Below the pieces are notes generated by a model. The model searched no databases and was not told the origin of the DNA. It worked only from the letters and a program-made list of their open reading frames with translations. Position numbers and translations under genes: made by a program. A DNA stretch of 64,000 nucleotides from Lama glama (lineage: Eukaryota), in NCBI GenBank assembly GCA_028534125.1, contig CM052816.1, positions 8,930,001 to 8,994,000 on the forward strand, read 5' to 3'. Every line of letters begins with the position of its first letter. Position 1 is the first letter of the stretch. Positions 51,313-64,000 of the stretch are shown here, in pieces.

Positions 51313-52645
51313 CTGCCAAAAGACAGCTAGAATCAGCTCCCACCCATGCTCCCCATTCGGCCTGCCCCAGGGAGAGGGCTTAGCAGGTAGCACAGCGTCA
51401 ACAGGCAGGGGTCTCCTTGTGGCTCCACCAGTTTCTAGCCAAGTGACCCCGCACAGGTGCACTCAGGTGAATCGCCTCCATGGTGGCCTCCCTATATGGA
51501 GACGCCCAGCATCCCTTGCCATTTTGGGGCCAGGAGGTGCAGGTGAAGCTGACTGTCCCAATGGAGCTGATAGGCCTCAATGCTGGGACTTCTGCCACTG
51601 GTGGGAAAGAGGAGTCCTCCTGCCAAGGGTAGGAGATGAGCCTGCACCTGCCAGAGCTCATCTTGCCACGACAAGGGCAGAGTCAGCCGGAGACTGGAGC
51701 TACTCGACCTAGGGGACAGGTCGGGTCCTGCTGATGCTCACCCACCCCTAGATCAGCTGGGCTGCAAGAAATTTCAGTTACATGATCCAGAAAAATCCCT
51801 GTTTTGCCCTAAGCCATTTGGAGATTTTTTTTTCCTTTTTGTTTGTTTTTGTGATTGAAATAGTCTCATCTAAGATTCCCCCCTCCCCCGATGCCTGCTG
51901 GGCATGATCTCTCTTGCCTGCAGCCTCGAAACACTTATCTCTCGTGGGCACTGGTCACCGTCCACTTTGGGTTATAGCTGTGCTTACGTCTTATCCCGTT
52001 TCTAAATGGAGAATTCTCTGAGGGTGGGGCAGGGTCATCTCTGAGCTCCTGTGAAGCTTTGCTCAAAATGGACATTCATTTAGTAAAGGTGTGTGTTGAA
52101 TCAAAGTGTCACTTAATGACAGCTCCTCCCCATACTTGAAAGAGACAGCTAGGGGTGTCTGGGTGGGACGGCACCTTGAGGACCATTAGGATGCCAGGGT
52201 GCCTGCGAGAGCCTTCCATCTCCCGCCATCCTCTTTCCCATTCACCAAGCCGTTTTCCACCTACAGCCAAAGTGGTCTCTTAAAAACACAAATCTGGTCA
52301 TGTCACCACTTTTAATAGCTTCGTACTAATGGCAGCTGAGTCTCTGTGTCTGAGAAGCTTTTGTCACCTTCCAGGCTGGACAGCACGCCCCTGCCAGCAG
52401 CTCTTGTACCTCCTGTACCTCACCTGCTGTACATCACCTCCCTCTCCAGGCTCGTCCACAAGGGCACGGACCACGTCTACTTTGCCGGTGTCTTCCTAGG
52501 GCTCCTGGCTGGCCCTCAATTCATACTGGCTGAGCTAATAAATGAATGATTGTGTGAAAGAATGGGCAACTGTCTGTCCTGGCCCTGTGTGTCCCTGGTG
52601 CAGGTGATGGGACTCTGGTCCTGGCTCCCCTGTGTAGGGTGATAC

Positions 52646-52780
52646 CTTTGGGGGACCCATGGTAGGTCCAGTACTCAGACTCCGCAGCATAGTAGGGGTC
52701 TGGCGAGTAGGCTGGACTGTACTTGGAGGCCTGGCTGATGTCTTCACTTGTTTTGCTCTTAGTTGCCGTCGACAAATCAC
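52646..52780 (-). CDS. ABLIM3: ABLIM3 coding exon (G/DLSTATKSKTSEDISQASKY...EYWTYHGSPK/V), 135 nt, phase 1-1
   Basis: Translation match; CAG acceptor, GT donor. Confidence 0.95.
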
Positions 52781-54476
52781 CTGCAAAGGACCCAAGAGAG
52801 AGCTTCAGGGAGGGAGAATGTCCTAGAAGAGCATCCTCGACACTCTCCCATCTGAGCCAGGCTCCAGCCCGGGGGGTGAGGCCACTCCCAGGCCAGGGTC
52901 TGGGACATGGGGCACTGGAGCTGGAAAGGTCCTGAGGCTCAGCCTCTCCTTTTACAGTTGGGAACCCGAACACCCGAAATGGGTAGAGGCTTGCTCAAGA
53001 TCACACAGCACGTTAGACCAGAACTGGACCAGACCCCCCTGCTCAGGGCTGCTTCTACCAACTCCACGGACTCTCCTAAGTAAACACTAAGGCCATGGCG
53101 CCTCCAAGTTAAGACTAGACAGGTCCCAGGTGAGTCCTCGCCCTCACGTTCCTCGCCCTCTAGAAGCCAGCCTTGTGGATTCGAGCCACACCTAAGGTGA
53201 GATCGCCAGGCAGGGCTTTGTTGCATGTGGAGTCAGGTCCACTTTCTCCTCATACTGAAATGACAAATCCTGCCTGGGGGGGCTAGGTGGCCAGAAGGAA
53301 GGAGCACTGGGCAGGGAGTCAGCAACGCCACCTAGCTCAGCTGTAGCACTGGGCAAACCCTGCCCCCTCCGCCTCAGGTTCTGTGAGCATCACAGGTGGG
53401 CTGCTGGCTGAGGTATCATCTAGCTTCATGCTTGCACCTGACGTCCACCACGTGGGGTGACCCTCAAACCCACTGCAGGCACAGAGCCCTGCAGGGCCCA
53501 GACTGGTGAGAGGCTAACCAGGACAGAGAGAGGGCTGGGGAAGCGAGCTGGGTCCCTGGTCTGTCCTCAGGAGAGAAGCTATGGGGACAAGCTCCGGGCT
53601 TCGTAGAGCCAGAGCAGCGGAGGGTCCTGGGGTGGTGCCAGCAGCACTCGCTTCCAAAGCCTGGAAATCCTCTTTGATGTGGGTCCTGGGCAGCCTCCCT
53701 CACCCCAGCTGGTCTCATCCAGCCCTTTCACCCGCCCTCTTATCTGCAAGATCTACCTTCACCCCACACTCCTCCTAAGGCTGCTTCGCTGCTGCCCCTT
53801 GGGCTCACCTGGGAAGTCTCGCAGAATCCTGAGGGGCTTGGGACCTGGGGGCCTTTTCTGGATACAAAGTCAAACTACCTTTGTCAGGGTTGGTGTCTTT
53901 GTGGCCACTCAGGGTACACAGCAGGTCCATCACAGCCATGTGTGGGTGTGCACTGCTCAGGACTCGCCCGGACCCCAGCCCAGGTCCGTCCAAAGTCGGG
54001 GTCTCACTTGTCTAAATTGTCAGGTCTTCAGCACCCAGAGCCACTGTCTATACCTGTACCACCTCCTCCACCAGCTCAGTGAGTTTGGATCCCAGTACAG
54101 GGCTGCTTCTGCCTGTCTCCATGCTCGTCCAATTCTGTGCTCCCCTCTCTGTTCCAACCAGGCCGAAGGCATTGGGGGGTGATGCAGAGTGGCAGCCCCG
54201 CCTCTGCATCCTGAGGGATGGGTGTGCCCATTCAGCTGAGCCTCTCTCAACGCTTTTGCAAGAATGAATGGGTCTCAGCAATGAATGACTCGGTGGTTCC
54301 CACACTGAGCGCAGGTAGGAGTCATGAATGGAGCCAGTTACAGTGCAGATTCTTAGGCTGTGCTCTTAGCACTTCTATTTAAGGAAGTCTAAGGCAGGGG
54401 AGGGGCCAGGGCATTGGTTTTTAAAATAAATCTCTTGGGTGCAAATGGTCCACAGACCATTCTGTAAGAAACATTA

Positions 54477-54502
54477 AATGAATGAATGAATGAATGAATG
54501 AA
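54477..54502. repeat. (AATG)n microsatellite
   Basis: Direct inspection. Confidence 0.85.
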
Positions 54503-55055
54503 CAAATGCAAGCACCCTCAGCTCCTTTCTCATCCACATCCTCTCTCCAGGTCTCCACTACTCTCAGGACATGGTGACTGAGGCCAGTTTAGAGCAGTGG
54601 TTTCCAAGCTGGGCTGGCCATTAGAATAACCTGGAGAAACTGTTACAAATACATAATTTGGATTTATCAAGTCTGTGGTGGGGCCCAGGAGTCTCTATGC
54701 ATGCCACATGATGTGAACGAACATCCAAGTTAGTATCAATACCTTGGAACGTCACTCTCCTAGGGCCATGTGCACTTGACAAGGTTACTCTAACCATGGA
54801 ATTTAGGACCAGACAGCAGGGAAGGAAAGGTGGGGAGATGGTGGGAAAGGGTGTAGGGAACACAAGGCCTTCCTTGCTCATTTGAAATGTCACCAAACTC
54901 CTCCCTAACGCCACCTTGAGCGATTAGGGGCAGCCGACAAGGACTGAGTTGCAGCCTTGCATGTGCCCCTCCTGGTGGCCCTGCAGAGCCACCCGCACAG
55001 ATGATTAACTGCCCCTCCCCTTGCCTGGCCAGGCCACCTCTGTCCCCGACCATAC

Positions 55056-55103
55056 CATGCCGTTTGTAGATCGGGGGTTTCCGGTAGATGTTACTTTCTC
55101 CAG
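55056..55103 (-). CDS. ABLIM3: ABLIM3 coding exon (A/GESNIYRKPPIYKRH/G), 48 nt, phase 1-1
   Basis: Family NIYRKPPIYK motif; CAG acceptor, GTATGG donor. Confidence 0.96.
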
Positions 55104-56446
55104 CTGCCAGACCAGGAAGGGACAGTGGGGAGGAGAGAGAGAGACAGGAGAAAAGGAGACAGCAGTTGGTTAGCTGGTCCCAGAAGGGAAATGGGTAGCA
55201 ACTTCTACCAGGGCCCTCCCATCTTTCCCCCGGTGGACTTCCTCTTCCAAAGCTGAACTTCCAACCTCATCTCATCAGGATCCAAGAAGGGTGAGGGGAG
55301 AGGAATGGATGGATTCAAACGGGGCTGAGGAAGGGACCTGGGGCTTGAATGGTGGGCATGCAGGCACAAGGCGGGCGCGTGCTCAGCAGAACCCCATGCG
55401 GAAGGTGCCCGCTGCCTCCACCCGGCGGCCACGTGGAAGTGCCCAGAATGCTGCAGCCACAGCCAGCACTCTCGCCCTCCCCCTCCCTCAAAAACAGATA
55501 GGATGGGACCTTTCTGGAGCAAGTGAGAAAGGTGTAGATGAAACAGCAGGACGAACTCCTGGGGAAAAGTGAGTGGGGAGTGAAAACCTGAGCTCAGAGT
55601 CGGGAGACTGGGGTCTAGGCCCAGCTGTGCTGTAACTTAGGGTGAGACCTTGTCCAGATCACACCCACGAGGTCACCTAGCCCCTGCCTTCCTCTCATCT
55701 CCTGTAACTCTCCCCCATGCTCCCACTTCCAGCCATGCTGGTCTGCTGCTAGCACAGTGTTTCAGGACCTCTGGATTTGCTGTTCCTGCCACCTGGGACA
55801 TTTTTCCCTGGGTTCTCTTATCGCTTCAATATCACCTCCTCCAGGAAGCCCTTCCTGACCACCTCACCTAGCCTGGCCTCCCCTAACCCATCACTCTGTC
55901 ACAGTGCCCTATTTTATTACGTTTAGCACCTGTCTCCTGAAATTATCCTTTTACTTAGTTGTTTACTCCTTTATTAGCTCTCTCCCCACATTAGAACATA
56001 AACACCATGAAGGCAGGATCTGGGGTGGTCTGAGCACAACTGCAACTTGGGGGCCCAGAACAGTGCCTGGCTGTACAGAAGGAACAGCGCAGGCTCAAGG
56101 AAGCTCAGTGACTGGCCTGAGATCATGAGCTTATAAACAGCAACATTAGGATTCAATCCCAAGGGTTTTGATACAGAAGCCCGTGACCTTCAGCCTGGTT
56201 ACCGCTGTGACCCATCATGGCCCTCGGACCGTGAAGGCACTTCCCTGGGCTGCTACCTGGCGGTCCCCATCAAGGCTGGCTCTGTCAAGTGGGAGGGCTA
56301 AGGCCTGTCGGGCTGGAGGTGCGTTAGTGTGGGTGACTGGTTAGGGAGGGACCCCAGCACCCCGCTTCTCTTTGGTGCCAGTGCGGGGCGCCCGGCGACC
56401 CCACAGAGCATGCACCCACGCTGGGAATCCTGGGCTGACAGCCTAC

Positions 56447-56545
56447 CTGGGATGTGAAAGTGCTTGGGAGCCTGGTAAGAGGTCGGAGTGGAGGACCTCA
56501 CATCTAACTGGCTATGGTACGGAGAGCTCCGGCCACTCTCGGGCC
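56447..56545 (-). CDS. ABLIM3: ABLIM3 coding exon (G/PESGRSSPYHSQLDVRSSTPTSYQAPKHFHIP/A), 99 nt, phase 1-1
   Basis: Family QAPKHFHIP motif; CAG acceptor, GTAGGC donor. Confidence 0.95.
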
Positions 56546-57214
56546 CTGGAGCACGCAGGCAGTGGTCCCAGAGAGAACAGAGGCACAGAGAAAACAGGCA
56601 TTAACGCAGTGGCGGCAGTTAGGGCAGCAGTGAGGTGATGGCAGCAGGGGTGGTGAGGCGGCGGCTGTGCTCATGCACCGTGTTCGCGGGAACAGGCTTG
56701 ACCCTGCTTCCTTGCTTCATCCCAAAGTCAGACTTTGTGGGACGTGAGAATCAACAGCAGTGAGCTTCAGGAAGGCATCTTTGCCCCGCTTAGCTTCCCA
56801 CCTCTCCCCGGTCCCCAGGCCCCTCCTTTAATTGCTCTGTCTACTTCATCCTTAACCTCAGGGTGGCCCTTCGGCAAGTCCAGGCCACAGCCCTGTTTCT
56901 GCTCCTCTGGTTTTACTTTCTGGACAGGGCAGGACAAAGGACAAGGACGGAGACATCTTATTCCAGCCAGGGCGGCTGGGCTGCCTGCCCACCACTCCTC
57001 TTCTGGCAGCCCACCACCCACCTTCTTGCTGCTTCTCGGCACCATGTACCCCTCCTCTCCCACTGCCAGCGGTGTCTGCAGGGACTCAGTGAGGCCTGGG
57101 TGGCCACAGGAGATATCCCAGAGAAGCCCCCAGCTGTCTCTGCAGCTGAGACATCAGGCCTCTATGTTGTTCCCCAGATTCTTCCTGACCCTCTGGAATT
57201 TCCCCCTTCCTTAC

Positions 57215-57344
57215 CAGACCGGTAGTAGTGGTGAGGAGAGCGGGAGAAGGTGGGGGACATGCCCTGCCGGCCGTAGGTGGGGGAGTCGATGTATCCTGGG
57301 CTGGAGGCCCGTCTCTGCCGGAGGTCCAGGTTCTCATAGATGTC
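57215..57344 (-). CDS. ABLIM3: ABLIM3 coding exon (DIYENLDLRQRRASSPGYIDSPTYGRQGMSPTFSRSPHHYYRS/G), 130 nt
   Basis: Translation match; CAG acceptor, GTAAGG donor; phase 0-1. Confidence 0.96.
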
Positions 57345-57850
57345 CTGGGGGAGGAAGCGCGACCGTGAGCCAGGCCTGCAATGAGCAGGGCCTGTGGCCC
57401 AAGGGTCTAGCAGGCAGGTGGGGGAGCGGCAGGGAATCTGGGATTCCAGGCGCTGAAGCATGGTGCTGCCCTTCTGAATACAGAGCCCCTCTCCCCAGGT
57501 TACATGCACAGACCAAGAAAGGCTACAGAGGCTTTCCAGGGCCTTCAACCATTGCTCACAGGCCCTTGCATGGAACCCATGAGTCAGGTCCCTGGAATCC
57601 TGGCCAAGGATCACAGAAGCATCAGGGAGGCCATCTCTGGGTAGAAAGAGTACCCCAGGTTCTCCCCCAGCCGCCTCTACCCTTTAAGCCACTGCCACTT
57701 TCTCCAGGTCATGCTCCTAGGTCTCCCTGTCTCTGCCCGGGGCTGGGGGAGAACCTTCGGGGGCTGGGTGGGGGCAGAAACTGGAGGTCTGCTTGGTCAG
57801 CATAAAGGGATACAATTACACAAAAGGTCTTCCTGAACCAGTTTAATTAC

Positions 57851-57880
57851 CTGGGAGTAGGGAGATAAGGTTCCCAGCGA
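57851..57880 (-). CDS. ABLIM3: ABLIM3 30-nt coding exon (SLGTLSPYSQ)
   Basis: Reverse complement reads TCGCTGGGAACCTTATCTCCCTACTCCCAG, with AAG acceptor and GTAATT donor; fills the gap in the recalled protein. Confidence 0.92.
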
Positions 57881-59427
57881 CTTGGAAGCGAAGTTTGCAG
57901 GCAGTCATGGAAGGAGCGAAAGGAGACAGGAGGCGAGAGGGAGGGACAGAGAGCGGTTACGGAGGGAAGAGGCCTGCAGCTTCCCCGCGGCCTCCCGCCC
58001 GGAGAGCAGCCTCACTTAGACTCCCAGCCTTTCGGCAGTGCTGACAGGCGGGAGGAAACCTTGAGATTATGGCCCTTTTTTTTACAACTGGCGAAACCAC
58101 GGCTAAGAGGGGACCGGATGACGCGGGGCCCCTTAGAGAAGAAGCAGTAGGGTTGCCACCTGGGCCCAGGCTCCCCCAACCACAAGCCTAGAGCCATTCT
58201 ATGGCCCTTCCCTGTCCCTCTACGAGTTCACAAGGACAGGACCCAGGACAGGGACCCAAATGCAGGGCCAAGCAAGGGTCAGGCTGGTGCCATCAATATG
58301 GGAAGTGGGCCGGTGGGGAGGGAGGGGCCAGGCAGCGGGAGACGGAACGTGCCGCCTGCAGAGGGCAGTGGCGCTCAGCTCCAGCGCACCCAGGCCAGAC
58401 TGGACGGCCGGCCCCGGGTGAGGGAAGACTCTGAAGTTCCCACGACAATGGAGAAGTGCAGACTCTTCTGTGAAATCTAACGTTTGAATGTTCACAACTA
58501 ATTTACATTTTAAAAAGACATTTTGTGAGTGAAACAAAACAAATCTGGGGGCTGGCTGGACCCAGTTTCCTATCTCTGGCTTCAGGAGAATCAGCTTCTA
58601 CCAAACACTTGGTCCCCTTTTCCTGGTCCATTTCAGAGGCCAGGACCCAAAGAATCTCAGCACTGGGCTCTTAAACCAAGTGGAACCCCAAACCCCTTAG
58701 AGAGGAAGGGGACAGTGGTAAAGTGGGGACAAGAATTTGGTCCCTACCAACCAAGCCAGGGCTCCTTCTAAAGCTCCAAATGATCTCAGCTCAAGGGGCC
58801 TGGGAAGGGCTTGGAAACCTGGGACGGAGACTGCCAGGACCTCTTGGGTAACAGCCACCCTGCCTTCTCTAGGGAACACTTTCTCTTGTCTGGCAATCAT
58901 TTAATTATTTCAAAAGCCACCTGATGGTGAGTTTTTATGAGTGTCTCTTGCTCTCAGCACAGGGGCTTAAGGCCAGGTGCAATATCCAGAGAACCTACTT
59001 AACCAGGGATTATAACCCCAAAAGGCCACTGAGCCATGGGCTGTGTATAAGGTTTCTCCTCTGTAAGAGAAGCAGCAGCTCAAGTGATACGTGGTCACAG
59101 GTTCTCAGCTTTAATGTGGAGGTTCTCAGGGAGTGGTAGGGACTGGGAGAACTGGGGAGCCCATGTCCTGCCTATAGGCGGCACTGTTCCCCATCTCGGG
59201 TTGGTGGAAACACTGGTGTAGTGTGGCCAGCTCTGATTTTTCAAGAAATGCCAGATTTTGGATGAAATTGCCTGATTTTTAAATGTTGACTGTAAATACC
59301 AGTTTTTTAAAAAAGAGTCTGGGGGCCAACACTGTGGAGACCAAAGTCTCTGTGACAGAGAGGACTGGGGACCCCGCGGGCCCTCCTCTCCCCCAACAGC
59401 CCCAGAGAGCGGGGCGGGACGCCATAC

Positions 59428-59583
59428 CTCTCCATAGCCACATCTCTCCAGCATCTCGTCAGACGTGTATCGGGAATGAGGCTCGTAGGAAATGAGGTCG
59501 GGGCGTTGTACCTCGTAGATGGACTTAACCTTGGGGAGAGCTGCCAGGTCTTTGTAATTAAGGATCTCATTATCCACTTTAGC
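59428..59583 (-). CDS. ABLIM3: ABLIM3 coding exon (AKVDNEILNYKDLAALPK...ERCGYGE), 156 nt
   Basis: ABLIM/dematin-family YKDLAALPKVK motif; polypyrimidine tract plus AG acceptor; GT donor. Confidence 0.97.
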
Positions 59584-62500
59584 CTGAGGAAGAAGGAAGC
59601 AGACAGGAAAGAAGCAGAAAGATAAGAGGGAAAGGAGAGAGGAAACACAAGCCAGGCACAGGAGGAATGAGCTGCTCCAGTTAGGATGGGAGACTCTCAG
59701 AATGTTACAGTAACACTGGTCACTCATTCCAGCAGAGCTAACACCGACTGAACACATGACATGTGAGGTTCGGGGCTTCACAGGATCGACCTCCTCTAAA
59801 TGTCAGGATGCCTCTGCGTCTGAGTAAATGTCAGTTTTATTCCTATTTTCCGGATGAGGAAACTGAGGCTCAAAAGACTCTCCAACTTGTGCCACTTAGC
59901 CAGTAGGGCCGAGTCCAGTCTGAACTACACAGCCTGGGTGCTGACTGCCCTCCAACCCCACACAGTGAGGACACCCTCATTCACAGCATCCTTGAAGGTG
60001 GCAAAGACAGAATTAACCATGACCGTAAAACACTAGCTAACATTTGGTGACCACTTATTATGAGCCAGACTCCATCTTAAGTCCCTTATGTAGATTAACT
60101 CAGTTAATTTATACAACTCACAACTCTAATAGTAGATACTAATTTTATCCTCATTTTTGCATAAGGAAACAGGCACAGAGAAATCAATGAACTCGTCCAA
60201 GTTCACACAGCTAACAAGGAGCAGTACCAAAATTCAAACCCAGGCAGTCTAACCTGGGAGCCTGCTGCCTCCATTGGCCTCTCCTGGCTTCCTGGGGTGG
60301 CGAGTTCACTGTCTTACAAGTGTCAGACGGCTGCACTCAGACAGCTGCTCTTTATGTGGGACTGACGCGAGCCTCTACCTACTACCTGACTTCGCCTGAG
60401 TTCAGCCCTCTAGAGCTGCAAGGACCGAGAGACAGCCTCCCCTGCCCGGGACAACCCACATCTCCTGGCTCCTGAAGCCACATCCTTTCCTTGTCTGTAT
60501 CCTCCAGCCGGTCCCTCTGTTTCCAGTCACCTGGTTCTGCTGTGGTCAATCAGGACCTGTCCTCTGTAACCACTGTGGCTCACAAGGTAGATTGAGAGAG
60601 AGGCCATTAGACAGAGAATCCAAGGAGACTATACCCTGTACCGTCTCCCAGTGCCTCGGAAGCCAGGTTAAGTCTCAGGACCAAGACTCCAAAGAGAGCA
60701 ACTTTCATATCAAGACCTTATGAGTGCTGACGTAAACACTTCCCAAGGCCCTCCCTCTCCTCCATCCCTGTCCCAATCCACAGCTGTTTGGGCACCATGC
60801 TGTTCATCGTCCACTCGCCCGAGACCCACTGTCCGCTCCTCCTGGCCCCGCTCTGGGCTCTGAGGTCCCACAAACTGTGTCACAGGCTCCCTGGCTTTGC
60901 CCAGTGTGGGGCTGAGTGGAGAAAGCAGCTTGTGCGTGTCTCCCTGGCACCCGCCCAGCCCGGCCGCAGGGGCTGGGCCCCTCTGGCTGCTCTTCCTCAG
61001 CTCCAGCTCTCACTCCTCCCTTTAGCTTAGGGTGGTGACAGCCTCTCACTGTTGCTGCCCCTGGATGCCGCACTAGGTCTTGTGGTCCCCTGACCCTGCC
61101 TGCCCCTCTGCAAACGCTCCCATCACAGTTAAACCTTTGAGGTGTGCCAGCTCACTCCTGCCAGAGCCTGCCCAGGCCTGACACCCACGTCTGTACCAGT
61201 TTGGGGGAGTGTGGGCAGAGGGAACCTTGTTAGGAGAGTCCACGTACTGCCTTTTGTCCTGGGATGTTAGCTCTTGACCTTGAGAGCTCTTGGCATCTTA
61301 CTAATTTGTCTCGACTCATCAATATTCATCTCGGCACTTTACTCCAAACCTCAAAAAAAACAACTAAATTTATATTTCTTCCAATAGCCGCCTTGTTTAC
61401 AGGGTTATAAATGAGCCTTAGGTCTGGAGGCACAGTGACAGAATGGAGGCATCCTAACATAGCTAGCCAGGAAGGAAGGAAACAAACACGTCAGGCTGAC
61501 CAGTAGAGTCACCCAAAGGTAATTCTAGCAGTCAGCACGGAGTAGGGCAAAGTTTGAAAGTTGGAAAGAACCTGTCCCCTGCAGGCTCACGGATCATTCT
61601 GTTTTAATACCAAACCTCCGTATTTATGAAAGTTAAACCAATACTTGATCTTTCTGCCAGTTACTGAATGTCCCAAAAGTGGTTGACTGGACTCGTCTCT
61701 GAATTTGGAAGCTATGCTTGGAATGGTCTGACTTAAAACATGGCTCACATGACATGCAGAGTCAGTCCCCAGAGCAGCTGGAGGAGAGACACCATTCAAG
61801 GGAGAGCGGAAGAAAACAGAAGGGGAGACACATGCCTCTGCTGGGACACCAGGGGTGACTGGTCTCAGTGGATGAGCCCCCAGGTGGAGGGCCCGATGGC
61901 AGGCATCCCCAGCTGCTGGCGCTCATCTGCAGTGGGGCTGCTTCTCATGAAGCAACTCCACGAGCTTCCTCCAGAACTCCGGGGTGGACATCATCAGGGC
62001 CTAACTTATTTCACAGAAGTTAATGAGGCTCCCCAGGAGCACCGGCGAGGCCACCCTGGGACAAAAGACATTCTGTGCAGCTGCGTGTGTCCTGAGCTCA
62101 CAGATCCTGGTAACGCTCTTCTAGAGACGTGCTCACTTTTGTCAGTAACTTCTCACATTACAGGCCCTGAAACTAAGCTCATTCATCCTGCTGCGGTCTG
62201 GCCCCACTCACAGCACCGGGGTGAGACTAGCATCTCTCTTGATCTGGATCGGACTCTTCAATGAGGACAGCTTATGATCAAAGTTGCTAGTCTTCTGTGG
62301 GAGCCACACGTTGCAGTGGCCAACGTTGAAGTTGTGGTCGATGATAACTTACGTCTTTTTTTTTTTTTTTTTCATTTGAACAGAGGACGGAAGGAAAGGA
62401 AACAGTCTCATGAATGGGCTTTATCCAGGGATCAAGGAGGATCTTGGATGTGGATTTGGAGTGAGATAATGATCCAGCAATGGTAGGCAGGGCCCACCCA

Positions 62501-63542
62501 CGGCTGGCTGGTGTGGGGACAGTATCTAGAGCTTCTTACTAGGAGTGGGTTTCCTGCTCTAGACTGCTTCCCGCATTTCTGGTCTTCATGGCAACTGTGA
62601 CCTGAGAAAGGCTGTGAGAGTCCGGACTCAGTCCGATTGGGGTTTGCTGACTGCCAGCCCCCGCCCCGCTCACTGCAGTCCTTTCTGGCTCTGCTCCCTA
62701 CCCTCATTCTGCTTCTCTCTCAGGCATGAGCTTAGATGTTTCTTCCTCAGGGGACTCTTTCCCCCAACAAGACCGACAGGTCCCTCTGTTCATCTGTAGC
62801 AACGTCAGAGCACCGTGCACTTTTCCTTCCAACTGCCTATCACAGCGGCCTCTGACTGTGCGTGGAATTACGGAGTCAGTGTTATGAGGACAGGCATCCG
62901 GTCAGTGCAGCTCACCAGGGCCCAGCACTTAACCCAGAGGAGACATTCAGCACGCATTTGTTTAGTGAATGAATTAATGAATGAATGACCTGTGATGTCA
63001 TCTAAATCAACTCCTGTCCCTTTTGCCACATCGCTGCAAATGAGGAGTGTCTCTGTGTTTGAATGCCTCTGGGGATGGGAACTTGGACACATGCATCCCT
63101 GGGCTTCTCTCATGATTACTAAGCTCTTCTTTATGTCTGCAAATGCTTGACAGTCGTGTTTCCACATTCATGTGGCATCTTCCCTCTTTTTGCCTCTTCA
63201 TCACACACCACTATCTCCACATCAACATCCTACCCAAGAGCCACTCCAAACACCTCTCTGATCCAAATTTTCATCTTGCCCCGGTCTCCACTAGTCATGG
63301 AGAAGAGGCACGTGGCACTGGTTTTGGAGCCCCTACTGCAATTTACGAGGCCGCGGGCATGGTGAGGGCTGCGTCCATGTCATCCTTGTCCCCCACCGCA
63401 TCCTCGGGACCCAGCACGGAGCCTCCAGCAGGCACACGCTAGATATTGGGTGGACAGAAACCTGACCGCTGTCCTTAGAGACTCTTTAGTTACGAGGCCT
63501 GGGGATAAGCAAGGCCTTTGGCGGCTGAGAAGTGATACATAC

Positions 63543-63614
63543 GCAGATGACTCGGTTGGGTGACCCGATGCTAGAGCCAGGGGGTGAGATGGAAGTTTCA
63601 GACGTCCGCCTGTG
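63543..63614 (-). CDS. ABLIM3: ABLIM3 coding exon (HRRTSETSISPPGSSIGSPNRVIC), 72 nt, phase 0-0; upstream LIM-domain exons lie outside the window
   Basis: Translation matches recalled mammalian ABLIM3 just after LIM4; CAG acceptor at 63615-63617, GT donor at 63541-63542. Confidence 0.95.
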
Positions 63615-64000
63615 CTGTGGGAGAGACGAGACAGAGGGTGAGAGGCTGCGGCACCTCCAGCTTGGCGGGGAGGGGGAGACAGGCATACAGTTCTTCAGGG
63701 AACATTAGCAGTGCTGTTAAAAGCACTCTCTGGCTATTTCTGCACTGTCTATCTTCTGCCTTTTTAATCAGCGTCTGAGTATGAATGAAATCGGAAATGC
63801 ACAGGACTTTAGGTTATTGATATAATTTTTTTTACATATCTGTAACTGGCCTTTTTGATAGGAAGCAGCTCATAAAAGCCTTAAATTTTTCATTTAGGCT
63901 TATCCCACTCAATAACATATTTACTTTACGTGAATAAAATTGGTTAGTATCATTCCTTAGCAGTTTGTTTATATAAAACCTAAAAAGTAGGTTAAACTTC

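Noticed and set aside
56735..57805. 356-aa plus-strand ORF antisense to an ABLIM3 exon
   Set aside because: Non-ATG start, GC-rich P/G/S/R-biased composition, no recognisable domain; consistent with chance in GC-rich sequence
59095..59781. 228-aa ORF as a stand-alone gene
   Set aside because: Only 59428-59583 is a real ABLIM3 exon; the flanks are intronic read-through
1..64000. CRISPR arrays, operons or prokaryotic defence systems
   Set aside because: Sequence is clearly mammalian (spliced genes, LINE/SINE/LTR repeats, CpG depletion); no regular repeat-spacer array seen

Overview
This is mammalian genomic DNA, most likely a camelid: two copies of a tRNA-derived SINE match the camelid vic-1 type as I recall it. 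Both genes lie on the minus strand. The right part holds the 3' half of ABLIM3 (actin-binding LIM protein 3). I traced 15 coding exons from 63614 down to the stop at 42351, all GT-AG and in consistent phase, including an 8-nt micro-exon and the villin-headpiece C-terminus, followed by a ~2.1 kb 3' UTR. A ~21 kb intergenic region follows, with a ~10.8 kb nested LINE-1 cluster (containing a 100-N gap) and a strong CTCF-like motif. The left part holds the CpG-island promoter and 16-nt first coding exon (MDRGR) of AFAP1L1, whose first intron fills bases 1-19352. The rest is ordinary old repeats (MIR, L2, MLT1, MER5/58/2, one solo ERV LTR). I found no convincing new multi-gene system. The most unusual features are local: a perfect 46-bp inverted repeat in an ABLIM3 intron that pairs a GTAAGT donor-like motif with a TACTAAT branch-point-like motif, a frame-shifting 8-nt micro-exon gating the headpiece domain, a 39-bp templated insertion copied from 2.2 kb away, a 150-bp unidentified insert inside an L1, a poly(A)-only retro-insertion, and a possible ORF1-only (HAL1-like) L1 derivative. 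Gene and repeat names come from recognition, not database searches.
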